A stretch of 64,000 nt of DNA from Caecitellus pseudoparvulus (Eukaryota > Protista > Bigyra: Bicosoecida): NCBI GenBank assembly GCA_965644315.1, contig CBFFRQ010000069.1:1054001-1118000 (forward strand), written 5' to 3'. The notes under the pieces are model-generated. The model was not told the DNA's origin. It ran no database searches and saw only the letters and a list, made by a program, of their open reading frames with translations. A program made the translations under genes and the position numbers. Position 1 is the stretch's first letter. The number at the start of each line of letters is the position of its first letter. This document shows positions 21,537-31,339 of the stretch, piece after piece.

Positions 21537-24050
21537 ATGTCCCTGCATGCATCACCGCAATTGCAGCTCCCACCCTCCCGCCTCGTTCCCTTGCCAAGAG
21601 ACAGACGCAGCATGAGCGGCTCAACTTCGGCCCTCTCAGCAGCTGGCAAGGCGGTCAGCGTCAGCGCCTCCACGTCAGCGCATGTGCGCCTGGAAGCTGC
21701 TGAACGGGCCTTGGAGGAAATGAAGGAGCAGTTGAAGGGTGCCAAGCGTGCCTTGTCTGCCGGCAAGCGAGTGCGGGCGCTGTCAACACTGCTGGCGACG
21801 GTGCGGGAGCAAATGGCTGGTGCTGGCAGCACAGCAGCCGCTGCATCCCTGCGTGAAGAGGCCTCTGAGTTGGAGGAGGAGCTTGCTGAGGCACAGCACA
21901 GAATGGCCCAGCAGCCTGCAACTCCGGCAGACCTGCAGGCCTTGCGTGCTCGCCACAAGCTGCAGCAGCAGAAGGTACATGCGTACCGCCAGCTGGCCAA
22001 GTGCTCCTCCTCAGAGTCAGAGTCAGAGTCAGAGTCGGCCACCGAGTCAGACTCGGACTCAGACCAGGGCTTACCGTCAGGCGAAAGGATAACCTTGAGT
22101 TTCTCCGGGTCGTCCAACTCTGGCTCCTCCACGGACTCAGACGGGCCCACGGCCAGGCGCCGCGCTGCTGCCCGACGCCGCCCTCGTGCCACGCCCAGGC
22201 AGCCACCCCCCCTGCCGACACCCACGTCCCCTGTCACCTTCCCCATTCGCCATCCTCCTCCCTCCAGCGCTCCCACAGCAGCTGCAGCTGCAGCAGCGAC
22301 GGGCTCGGGGACTGGCGCCGGCGAAGTGGGAGGTGGGCCACGGCAGCTGCACCGAGGCTCCAAGCGAGCGCTGCCCGCAGACAGTGCTGCCTCAGACCAG
22401 GCCTGGTGGAGTGGCACGCCCCTGTACCGCAAACACAGCCTGAGGGCGCAGGGAGAGGTGGAGGGCCACGACACACTGCGCAGTGTGCTGGCGGTGGGGC
22501 CACAGGCCAAGACGGGAGGGTCCCCCTCAGGCACGCGCCCCCACTTTGCACTTGCCCTGAGCAAGGCCGGGCACGTGCACTTGCTGCGGGCTCGGGCAAA
22601 GGAGGCGGGCGCAGCAGCCACAGCGACCCTGGACGTCGCGGCAACGGTGCCGCATGTAACGGCCTTCCGCCGGCAGGCTTCGGGGGGCTGCAGGGCCCGC
22701 CCGCTCACCACCTGTGCCGCGACGGTCCCGGCCTGGCACGCCACGTCGTGGCTGCGCTCAGGCAGCTTGGCAGTGTTTGCAGGGCTGGACCACGCCCATG
22801 CCCTGAAGCCAGGCGACATCCCACGCGTGACACAGCCGGCAGGGCTGGCTGGCGCGGATCCCGTGGTGCCTGGGCAAGGCGTGCTGGTGCACGTGGGTGA
22901 TGGGGCGGGGACTGTGGGGCAGGGTGTGGAGGGGCGCTGGTCCGTCGCCGGCTCCGGCCCTGCCCACATCCACCTGAGCCGAGTCACCAGCGCCGAGAGA
23001 CAGGCGGGTCTGGGCCTGCCTGCTTCAGCACGCGTCTCCGCCCTTGGCACGACGCTGCACACGAAAGACATCACGTGTGCTGCTTTTGCTGCAGGGGGCA
23101 GCAACCAGCCCCTCACCCTCGTCACGGGCTGTGCAGACAAGAGCATTGTGCTGTGGCCAGGCATCTCCCAGGCCTGGCAGGGCGGGCGGGGCGCACGCGA
23201 GCCCACGCTGCTGAACGGCAAGGGCAAAGTGACCCCCGGCAGCAACCACACAGCGGCCATTCGGAGCATGGCCTGCCTAGGTCCAGGCAGCCACTTGGCC
23301 ACCTCGGGCGCGGATGGCCGCCTCATCTTGTGGGACATCGCCGCACAGGGGCAGGTGTTCAACATGCCCCTGTGCAAGGGCAAGCATGCGCTGGCCCTGG
23401 CTGCGTACACCGTGCAGGGAAGCGGCCGGTCCAAGCGGCGCAGAGGGGAGGCCCACGTACGGGAGGCGCGGCCGTGGCCGGCACTGCCGACGCCGCCCCA
23501 CTTGGGCGCCACCACCGGCGCGCGGGCCAAGGCGGCAGCGGGGGAGGCCTCCGCCACCAGCCGCATCTCAGCCGTCGTGCCGCACCCTCGCCACCCGCAG
23601 TGGGTCCTGGCCACCATGACGCCTCAGAGCGTCGTGCGGCACTTCCTCGTGGACACACGGTGCATGCAGCCGGTGCTGGCCCTGCACGTACCACGCCTGC
23701 ACGACGGCACCAACTCGGAACGCACGAGTCCAGTGTGGCTGAGCGACCCAGCCACAGGGGGCAGCAGTGACTCCCTGGACACCCTCTTCCTCGCCGGCAG
23801 TGTGGACGGCCACATGCACATCTTTGACCTGCGCGCTCCCGCTCAGCTCTTCCACGGGGACACGGTGCGCTCCACACCCCCCGTGTACAGCCCCTCCGTT
23901 CGCCCCAAGGGCAACGCCTCTGGCTTGACCACGTGTGTGCCGCTGGCCACAGCGGTGCAGCCCGGACGAGGCACAGCCTCTGCATGGGTCCTGGCGGCCG
24001 GCACGGGAGGCCACACTGCCCTGCACTCCCTGCTGCTGACACAGTCGTAG
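21537..24050 (+). CDS. WD40-repeat protein with N-terminal coiled coil and Ser/acidic tract
   Basis: WD repeats HTKDITCAAF...LVTGCADKSIVLW, HTAAIRSM...LATSGADGRLILWD and LAGSVDGHMHIFDLR. Start codon uncertain. Confidence 0.7.
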   Translation: MSLHASPQLQLPPSRLVPLPRDRRSMSGSTSALSAAGKAVSVSASTSAHVRLEAAERALEEMKEQLKGAKRALSAGKRVRALSTLLATVREQMAGAGSTAAAASLREEASELEEELAEAQHRMAQQPATPADLQALRARHKLQQQKVHAYRQLAKCSSSESESESESATESDSDSDQGLPSGERITLSFSGSSNSGSSTDSDGPTARRRAAARRRPRATPRQPPPLPTPTSPVTFPIRHPPPSSAPTAAAAAAATGSGTGAGEVGGGPRQLHRGSKRALPADSAASDQAWWSGTPLYRKHSLRAQGEVEGHDTLRSVLAVGPQAKTGGSPSGTRPHFALALSKAGHVHLLRARAKEAGAAATATLDVAATVPHVTAFRRQASGGCRARPLTTCAATVPAWHATSWLRSGSLAVFAGLDHAHALKPGDIPRVTQPAGLAGADPVVPGQGVLVHVGDGAGTVGQGVEGRWSVAGSGPAHIHLSRVTSAERQAGLGLPASARVSALGTTLHTKDITCAAFAAGGSNQPLTLVTGCADKSIVLWPGISQAWQGGRGAREPTLLNGKGKVTPGSNHTAAIRSMACLGPGSHLATSGADGRLILWDIAAQGQVFNMPLCKGKHALALAAYTVQGSGRSKRRRGEAHVREARPWPALPTPPHLGATTGARAKAAAGEASATSRISAVVPHPRHPQWVLATMTPQSVVRHFLVDTRCMQPVLALHVPRLHDGTNSERTSPVWLSDPATGGSSDSLDTLFLAGSVDGHMHIFDLRAPAQLFHGDTVRSTPPVYSPSVRPKGNASGLTTCVPLATAVQPGRGTASAWVLAAGTGGHTALHSLLLTQS
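22011..22061 (+). repeat. Coding hexamer microsatellite (TCAGAG)n and degenerate copies encoding SESESES...SDSDSD
   Basis: tcagag x4, then tcggcc/accgag/tcagac/tcggac/tcagac. Confidence 0.8.
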
Positions 24051-24101
24051 CCCCCCCTCCCGGCCTGTGTCTGTGGGGTGACCTTGGCAGGGCAAACCCG
24101 G

Positions 24102-24111
24102 CAATGCATTG
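24102..24111. terminator. Palindromic CAATGCATTG serving both convergent genes (WD40 and GST2N)
   Basis: Perfect 10-bp palindrome containing CAATGCA on each strand, within a 61-bp convergent gap. Confidence 0.6.
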
Positions 24112-25205
24112 TCACTCCGCCTTGGACTTGCCATACAGCGTGCCGTGGGCGGAGCTGGCGCCCTTGGTGCTGTAGTCTGCCAGGGTCTCGGCGCAGACAG
24201 GCCCGGTCTGGTACCGCTCGCGCAAGTGCTGGGCAATTGCCTCTGCGCCATGCAGCGTCACCCCCGCATTGGGGTCCACCAGTGTCGGCACACTCCCCGG
24301 CCTGCCGTCGCCAGCAGGAGGCAGCTTTGCCAGCTGCGCCCCTGCCCCGGCTGGAGTGTTGTGGTACAGGTACGGCAGCTCCAGCGTGCAGAGCACCTCG
24401 TGCACTTGCCGGCACGACGGACTGCCTTCGTGGCCCCAGTACTCCAGACGGCGCGAGGGCAGGGAGCTGGGGGTGCGCAGCACGCCCATGTGCGGCAGGG
24501 CCCGGAACAGCGTGGCCAGGAACAGCCCGGTGGTGTTGGCAGCACCCGCTGTGGCCGCTGCGAACCAGGGGCGGGGGACGCCCCCCCTCGGACCGTACGT
24601 GTTCCACAGGTACTCCACGATGTCCCCCGACTCGTACATGACTGTGTCTGTGTTGGGGTCTTGCAGGCAGGGGAACATGACCTTGCCCCTGCGCGGAAAG
24701 GGGCGGGGGGCGGCGGTGCCTTGCAGGGAGGATGATGAGGCCGGCCAGCGTGCAGCACTCACCCCAGGTCCTTGACAAGGCCTCGGTACCGTGAGTCGCC
24801 CAGCTCCCCGTACGCCTTGAGGGTCACACGGGGAGTTGGAAAGACGATGACATCCAGCGCGAGCGCTGAGATGGTCTCTCGAACCCGCTTACAGAAAGGG
24901 CAGCCTGCACGCGCAGGGTGTGCGGGCAACAAATTCCGCAAGCGACCGAAGCCAGACCCACTCTACCACGCCCCTCACTCACCAGAGTACTCGTAGATTA
25001 TGAGAGGCTGGGCTGGTACGGGCGCACGCTCAAGGCCAGCGGCTGCAAAGCCTCCTGCACCCCCACGCACGCCAACATGCAGCAACGCGTACAGGTAGTC
25101 CACGCTGCCATCCAAACCGAACCACTTGCCGACCGCAAGGCCTGCAGACAGCGCCCATGAGATGCACACAAGCACGCCCTGCATGACCATGTTGTTAAGG
25201 GACAT
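24112..25205 (-). CDS. Tandem thioredoxin-fold GST-N protein (GST2N / 2GST_N family); 2 introns
   Basis: IYEYS|GCPFCKRVRE, GKVMFPCLQDPNT..MYESGDIVEYL, and a second domain WGHEGSPSCRQV.EVLCTLELPY...VPTLVDPN..VTLHGAEAIAQHL. Confidence 0.82.
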
Positions 25206-25678
25206 GGTGCTGCCTTTCGTGAGGTGATCAATGCCAGGGGGCGGAGAGGAATCGCTTCTTGCAATGGGTGACAGAATCTTGTGCCAAGTCCGTCGCTGGC
25301 GTGTAGACCCTCAACGCGAAACGAATGCCTGGTGTTGCGTTGAGAAGCATGAAGTTTGACCAAGTGCGGTGGTCATGCGTTGGCATGAAGGGGGCGCCCA
25401 CGCCCCTTGCCCGAGCGCACGTACACGAGAGGGCCCGCCAGGGTTGTCAGGGGGGCCTTGCCATTTGGCGGGGTCAGACGCTTGCGCGACACAAACCAAT
25501 CCCCTCCCCGACCGCTCACGACCGCGACACCGGCATGAAAGCAGCACTCAAGTCTGATCTGGCTTGACTTCCTACATCTGTCTCTTGCTGGCACTCTCAG
25601 CGCATCGGGAGCGCGAACGTGCTCGCCACGCCGAGCAGGAGTTTCCCTCAGAACGCAAGCGTAACGCAAGCACGAATC

Positions 25679-27125
25679 ATGGCTGCGGAGACTGCCACCG
25701 TGCGTCAGCTGCCTATACCCCGATTTCCTCAGCAACACACACACAAGCTTGCCCCTTTCCCCTCTTCAGGCTGGCCTGCGAGCCCTGCTGCCCAGCAGCT
25801 TCCCCGATGACCACCTGGATGTGCGCACTGCCAAGTTCGACGTGGACTCTCGAGGCCACGTGCGCCACCTCATCACCAGCGAGGTGTACTTGCATGCCCC
25901 TGCTACCCCCCGTGCCGTACTCATGGTGAACGCCGGCAGCAACGAGGTGGCCCAGACCCCCGACGACGCACTGCAGGCTCTGCTGCACCACATCACCACT
26001 GGCGCTGTCCCCGGCGGCAGCATCACTGGCTCCGCCCTCTCCGACTCCAAGTTCCCGCGCTTCATCGCACGCAGCCGCTTCGGCCAACTATGGCTGGTGC
26101 GCATGGCAGGTGGCCGCCGCCGCATCTTCCCCCTCACCTGCCTGCGCCAGCTGTACGACCCCGCAGTGACAGGCGTGTACCTGGCTCTGCCCGCCGCCTC
26201 CGCCTCTGTCGCCAAGGCAGCTGCCCACGACCGGGGTGAGAGCACTGCCGGTGTGCCGTCCCCTCTGGGCCCGAACCTGCCCGCCTTCACAGTGGACCTG
26301 AAGGTCCTCGTCGCGGATGTCGACGACTGGGGCCACGCCGTCGCCCACGCGCCTGCACCCTTCGCCCCCGCCCTCACAAACGTCCGCCGCGGCCGCATCG
26401 TGCCCAACCACGTGCCTGAGGACGACTCCGCTGTGGCCCTGGACACTGTCAAGGAGGCCGTCCTGGATCAGTACACCGCAGCCAACCCCCACGCGTTCGA
26501 CTTCCTCACCACCGAGCAGCGGGAGGGTGTCACGCTGGCCCTGGCCCTGAACTCCCCCGTGCCCGCCCTCAAGGCCATCTCCGCCACGGGTGCCATCTTC
26601 CCCTCCACCCAGCTCCCAGGTGGCGCCATCCCCTTCAACACAGTCAAGCAGCTGCTGGACCCCGCAGTCACCACGGTGTACCTGCTGGTACCTGGCGTTC
26701 TGCCTGAGGCGCCAGCCCTGCCTCAGCCACCTGCGCCTGTGGTGGTGCCCCCCCCCACAGCACCCCCCACTCTGCCCCAGGAGTCCCCTGAGCCTGAGCC
26801 GGAGCCTGAGCCCTCCACTCAGCCTGCCCCCACCCCGGCCCCCGCCGCGGTGGACGCCCCCGCACCCCCTGCAACAACCGGCGTGGCAGCAGAGTTCCCC
26901 CTCAGCAAGGGGGACATCGTGGACGCTGTGGCCATGGACGGCAGCTTCACGCGCCGGGCCACCGTCCTGGAGGTGCGCCCTTTCGGCGTGATGGGCGACA
27001 CCACCGTGTCTGTGAAGTTCGAGGGCGCACCCTTCCCCACCGCCGGCCTGCCCCGCCGCCACATCCTGCGCGTCATCACGCCTGTCTGGGCCGCACAGCT
27101 GGCCGAGCAGGAGCCAGCTCAGTAG
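25679..27125 (+). CDS. Uncharacterised protein: duplicated N-terminal domain, Pro-rich linker, C-terminal Tudor/SH3-like barrel; one intron
   Basis: ATG GCT GCG GAG ACT GCC ACC|GTGCGT...TTCAG joins the 458-aa ORF. Strong C-ending codon bias. Repeated motif (R/K)QLxDPAVTxVYL. Confidence 0.75.
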
Positions 27126-27148
27126 AGTGCCTGCCCACAGGAAAGTGT

Positions 27149-27162
27149 TGAATTGCAATGTA
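27149..27162. terminator. Back-to-back candidate 3'-end signals between the orphan and CHIP
   Basis: CAATTCA (-, 27149-27155) abuts CAATGTA (+, 27156-27162). Confidence 0.55.
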
Positions 27163-27192
27163 GTTTAGGCGTCCCACACACCCATGCCCCAG

Positions 27193-28215
27193 CTACTCTG
27201 ACGTCGGGTGTGCCCACGGGTGGTCCTCCAGGTATGCCTCAATGGCCCCCTTGAGTGCCACGTTGGGCCGCAGCCCTGCCAGGGTCAGGGGCTGCCGGGT
27301 TATGGGGTCCTCCATCTTGCCCTGTGTCAACCAGCGCTCCACAGCCGAACGCTCAAAAGAAAGACCCGATGCTGGCGACACGACGGGGTCCAGCATGGGC
27401 TCCATGGTGATGCCACACGTCACGAAGCTCGGCACGGCGCCATCACGCTCCGCAGCTTCCTCCGCCGCACGCGCAGCCTCCCGCGCTTCGAAGTGCGCCA
27501 GCATGCCCTTCACAAGCTCCGCCTGCTCTGGCGCCACCACGGGCGACGAGCCGGAGGGGGCCGCGGCCGGCTGTGCCACTGCCTCACTGGGCAATGCCGT
27601 AGCAGCAGAGACTCCACTGGCAGAGGGGGACGCGCAGCCACCTGCTGCATCGGTCAATGCGGGTGCTGGCAGGAGGGATGTGAGCAGGGACATGTACTGG
27701 GCTTCTCGAAGTCGCTCTGCGTGCAACGCCAGGCGCCACCGGCGCTTTGCGTGCAGGGCCTGGGCCCGCGCGAAGTCCTGCAGGAGAGCCTTGGAGCAGC
27801 CCTTCCTGTCTGCCAGTCGTCGAGCTTCGGCGAGAGCTTCCAGCCCGCGCTGCATCATGTCCAAGTCCTCCCCAGCCAGTGTGCAGCGTGCCACGCCCAG
27901 TAGGTAGTGTCCCCGCATGTTCTCGCTGTCCAGCCTGACTGCCTCCTTGGCATCAGACAGCACGGCTTCGAAGTTCTCCAGTTTCTTGTGTGCCATCCCT
28001 CTGTTCGAGTACAACACGGACATACTCCCATCCAGGGTCTGCCGCGATGCGGGAGGGGTGCTGGCGTGGTGGCGTGTCTGCACAGATTCCGCAGGCATCC
28101 CTGCACGCACAATGGCATCTGTGTACAGCCTCACAGCGGCGCCCCAATCTCCCTTGCGGAAGTGGTTGTTGCCTTCTTGCTTCAGGATGCTCGCACTGCT
28201 CGCAGTCCCTGCCAT
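27193..28215 (-). CDS. STUB1: TPR + U-box E3 ubiquitin ligase CHIP; one intron
   Basis: TPR LKQEGNNHF...LYSNRGMAHKKL...RGHYLLG. U-box VPSFVTCGITMEPMLDPV.SPASG.SFER...DPITRQPL...LRPNVALKGAIEAYL..HPWA. Confidence 0.9.
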   Translation of the reverse strand: MAGTASSASILKQEGNNHFRKGDWGAAVRLYTDAIVRAGMPAESVQTRHHASTPPASRQTLDGSMSVLYSNRGMAHKKLENFEAVLSDAKEAVRLDSENMRGHYLLGVARCTLAGEDLDMMQRGLEALAEARRLADRKGCSKALLQDFARAQALHAKRRWRLALHAERLREAQYMSLLTSLLPAPALTDAAGGCASPSASGVSAATALPSEAVAQPAAAPSGSSPVVAPEQAELVKGMLAHFEAREAARAAEEAAERDGAVPSFVTCGITMEPMLDPVVSPASGLSFERSAVERWLTQGKMEDPITRQPLTLAGLRPNVALKGAIEAYLEDHPWAHPTSE

Positions 28216-28574
28216 GCTGCTTCCTCCCTGCGGCAGCCGCGCTCCTTCTACCCGCAAGTGTATTCTTCTGGTCACGCTCGCCCAGCGGCCAGTGAGGCGC
28301 GTCGAGGAATGAAGGGGGCCGCGAAGGCGCACGTGTGCACAGTATCAATTCGATGCGCGGGCGAGGAACCATCGTTGCCTGTTCGCACAAGTTGTTTTGA
28401 TCGACACTCGTCTGCAGCGGCGAGACCAAGCCGCAGCAGGTCATCCACAGTGCTCCTGCCTGCCAAACTCCACAAATCACACAAACGCGCTCCACACGCT
28501 GGCGCTGTGCAAGAAGCACCTGTAAGAAAAAAACTGCAACTCGCACTCCCAGAGCAGGACACATCTTCCCCGCC

Positions 28575-31301
28575 ATGGCGTCTCACACGGCAGCGGGTGC
28601 CAGCCACGCAGGCACTGTTGTGGTCGTCGGCGCTGGCCTCGCTGGCATGACTGCAGCCATCACGGCGGCCGAGGCAGACCCTTCAGTGCATGTCATTGTG
28701 TACGATAAAGAGCCCCACTTGGGAGGCAACTCTGCGAAGGCCACCAGCGGCATGAACGCGGCAGGTGAGCTTGGCCTTGCGGAAGCACATGCGCTCATCA
28801 GCCGGACATCACACCAACTCCATTTTGCAGACACACCGACGCAGGCAGAGGCTGGCATTGACGATTCATTCGACGTCTTTGTCGATGACACCATGAAGAG
28901 TGGGCACGGTGAATGTGACTTTCCCCTCGTCGCCCAGCTCGTGAGCAGCAGCAAATCTGCGTGGCAGTTCATTGCGGAGCATGGTGAGCCGAGCTGAGCC
29001 ACCACGCCAACGCTGCACCCAGTCCTGGACCTCGTCCAAACGCACCCTCCTACAGGTGTACCATTGAAGGTTGTCTCACAGTGTGGGGGGCACACCAAGG
29101 CGAGGACTCACCGGTGCGCGCCGTCAGCTGACGGGAAGCCTGCACCTCCTGTGGGCTGGGCCATCACCTCAGCCCTGCGCAAGACCCTGGAAGGCATGCC
29201 CAATGTCACCATCCGAGCTGGGCACAAGGTCACGAACATTTTGACGTGTGGGGCCACCTCTGGCGCCCATGGCGGCGCTGTGGCAGGGCATGTGGCTGGC
29301 GTCCTGTCCAGCCCCGCTGCCAGCGTCGCGGAGGGAACGGAGGGTGCGCCAGACATGCAGCCTGCCCATGCAGTGGTACTTGCCACAGGCGGCTACGCGT
29401 ATGGCGAGGCTGCTGCCTCGCTCCTGCGCAGCCATGCGGCGCCAGGGGTGGCAGACCTCCCCACTACCAACGGGCACTGGGCGACAGGCGACGGCGTGTT
29501 GCTGGCACAGGGCGCAGGGGCGGCGGTGCGGGACATGCATGCAGTGCAGGTGCACCCGACGGGCCTGCTGTTGGCGACAGAGCCGCTGGCCCGCAACGTC
29601 ATTCTGGGGCCAGAGGCCCTGCGCGCCAGTGGCGCCATCCTGCTGTCCCCTGCCAGCTGCACCCGCTTCGCCAACGAGCTGGCCCGCCGGGATGACCTGT
29701 CCACAGCGCTGTATGCCGAGTGTGGCATGGACAGCACGGGCGCCGCCCTGGGGGATGCATCCGCACCCCAGCCCACTGAGGGCTGCCATGGTTCTTTCAC
29801 CGCCCGCCCAGCCCGTGCCATCATGCTGCTGAGCCAGGAGGCCGTGGACGCCTTCGGACCAAACTTCGGGTTCTATTGGAAAGCCAAGGGACTCTTCCAG
29901 CAGGTCCATGGTGTTGAGGGGCTGGTGGCATCCCTGAAGGAGGCAGGCGTCGCCTCCGCCTCTGTGGACGTGCTGACCTCGACTCTGCAGCAGTACGCCG
30001 ACGCAGCAGCCAGCGGGGAAGCGGATGCCACAGGCAAGGACCGGTTCCCGGCAGGCGCTTCCTTTGCGCCAGCTGGAGCGGATCAAGTGCTGTACTGGGG
30101 CTGGGCGGGCCCTGCCGTGCACTACACGATGGGCGGTGTGCTCGTCGACGCAGCTGCAAACGTGCTCACCACCAGCCACCCCAGCCGGTACTACGACCGC
30201 AAGGTGGCAGACTCGCCGCCCACATGGGCAGCTGATTCGCCTGCCTGGACACCCAGTGTGGGTGTTTCCGAGTCTGCCCGTGTGCACAGCGAGAGCAGCA
30301 CCGGTACGCCTGGCGCAACGCCCACCCCCCACATCGAGCTGCACCGCACGGCACTCCAGCGCCCCATTCCCGGGCTGCTGGCTGCAGGGGAGGTGACGGG
30401 CGGAGTGCATGGGCTGAACCGCCTTGCAGGGAACAGCCTGCTGGAATGCGTCGTGTTCGGCCGCCTGGCAGGGTCGGGCGCCGCCTCCATCATCACCCAG
30501 CGCGGGCAGCCTGCAGTGAGCAAGGAAACGTGGCAGCCCTTGCGCCTGCGGCAGAAGCAGCTGGTGGCGCCTCAGCAGTGGATCTTCCGCTTCGACCTGC
30601 CGTCACCGCTGCACACGCTGGCCAAGGACAGCGAGGGGCGGGAGGGGGGCGCCACTGGCAAGTACATCAAGGTGCGGGCGAACTTGGAAGGCAAGGATGT
30701 CGTGCGGTGCTACTCGCCAGCATCGCGCCTGGGCGCGCAGGGGTATGTGGACCTGCTGCTCAAGATCGATGACGACGCCCCCCCCGGCAGCATGACTGGG
30801 CACATGGCAGGCATGTCTCCCGGCAGCACCCTGGAGTTCTCAGGGCTGCACGGGGACCTGGCCCTGGACTTCCGACGCCTGCCTGGTGCAGACGGCTTGG
30901 CTGGCAAGCGCAAGCTGGCCCTCGTCGCCGGCGGCACCGGCATCAGCCCCATGCTGGGCATCATCCGCTCCGTGCTGTACCACGACCGGCGTGACTTGGA
31001 GGTCACCCTGGCCTACGGCTCCAACGCACCCAATGCCTTCGCCTTCATGCCCCAGCTGCAAGCGGCAGCAGAAGCCTTCCCCAGCCTGTCCATTGCGACG
31101 ACGGTGGACTCTGCGGGGGGGGATGCCGCCTACAAGGGCCGGGTGGGGTACATGGATGCGGCGTTCTTGAAGGATGCCCTGCCACCGCCAGCCTCGGACG
31201 TGCTGGTGGTGCTGTGTGGGCCTTGGAAAATGTGCCAGGTGCTCAAAGGCGTCCTGGCTGAGCTGGGGTACTTGGGGGACCAGCTGTACAGCTACATGTG
31301 A
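28575..31301 (+). CDS. Soluble NADH-dependent fumarate reductase: flavocytochrome c-type FAD domain fused to a cytochrome b5 reductase (FNR-like) domain; 2 introns
   Basis: VVVVGAGLAG, GGNSAKATSGMN, QVHPT, EALR, FANEL.RRD, VHYTMGG and HGLNRLAGNSL. C-terminal RCYSP, GSMT, LVAGGTGISPM and LCGP. Confidence 0.9.
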
Positions 31302-31303
31302 CG

Positions 31304-31320
31304 CAATGCAGGCTGCATTC
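31304..31320. terminator. Paired candidate 3'-end signals between fumarate reductase and GT8
   Basis: CAATGCA (+, 31304-31310) and GAATGCA (-, 31314-31320) in a 38-bp gap. Confidence 0.55.
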
Positions 31321-31339
31321 AACCACAACAGCCCCCGAC

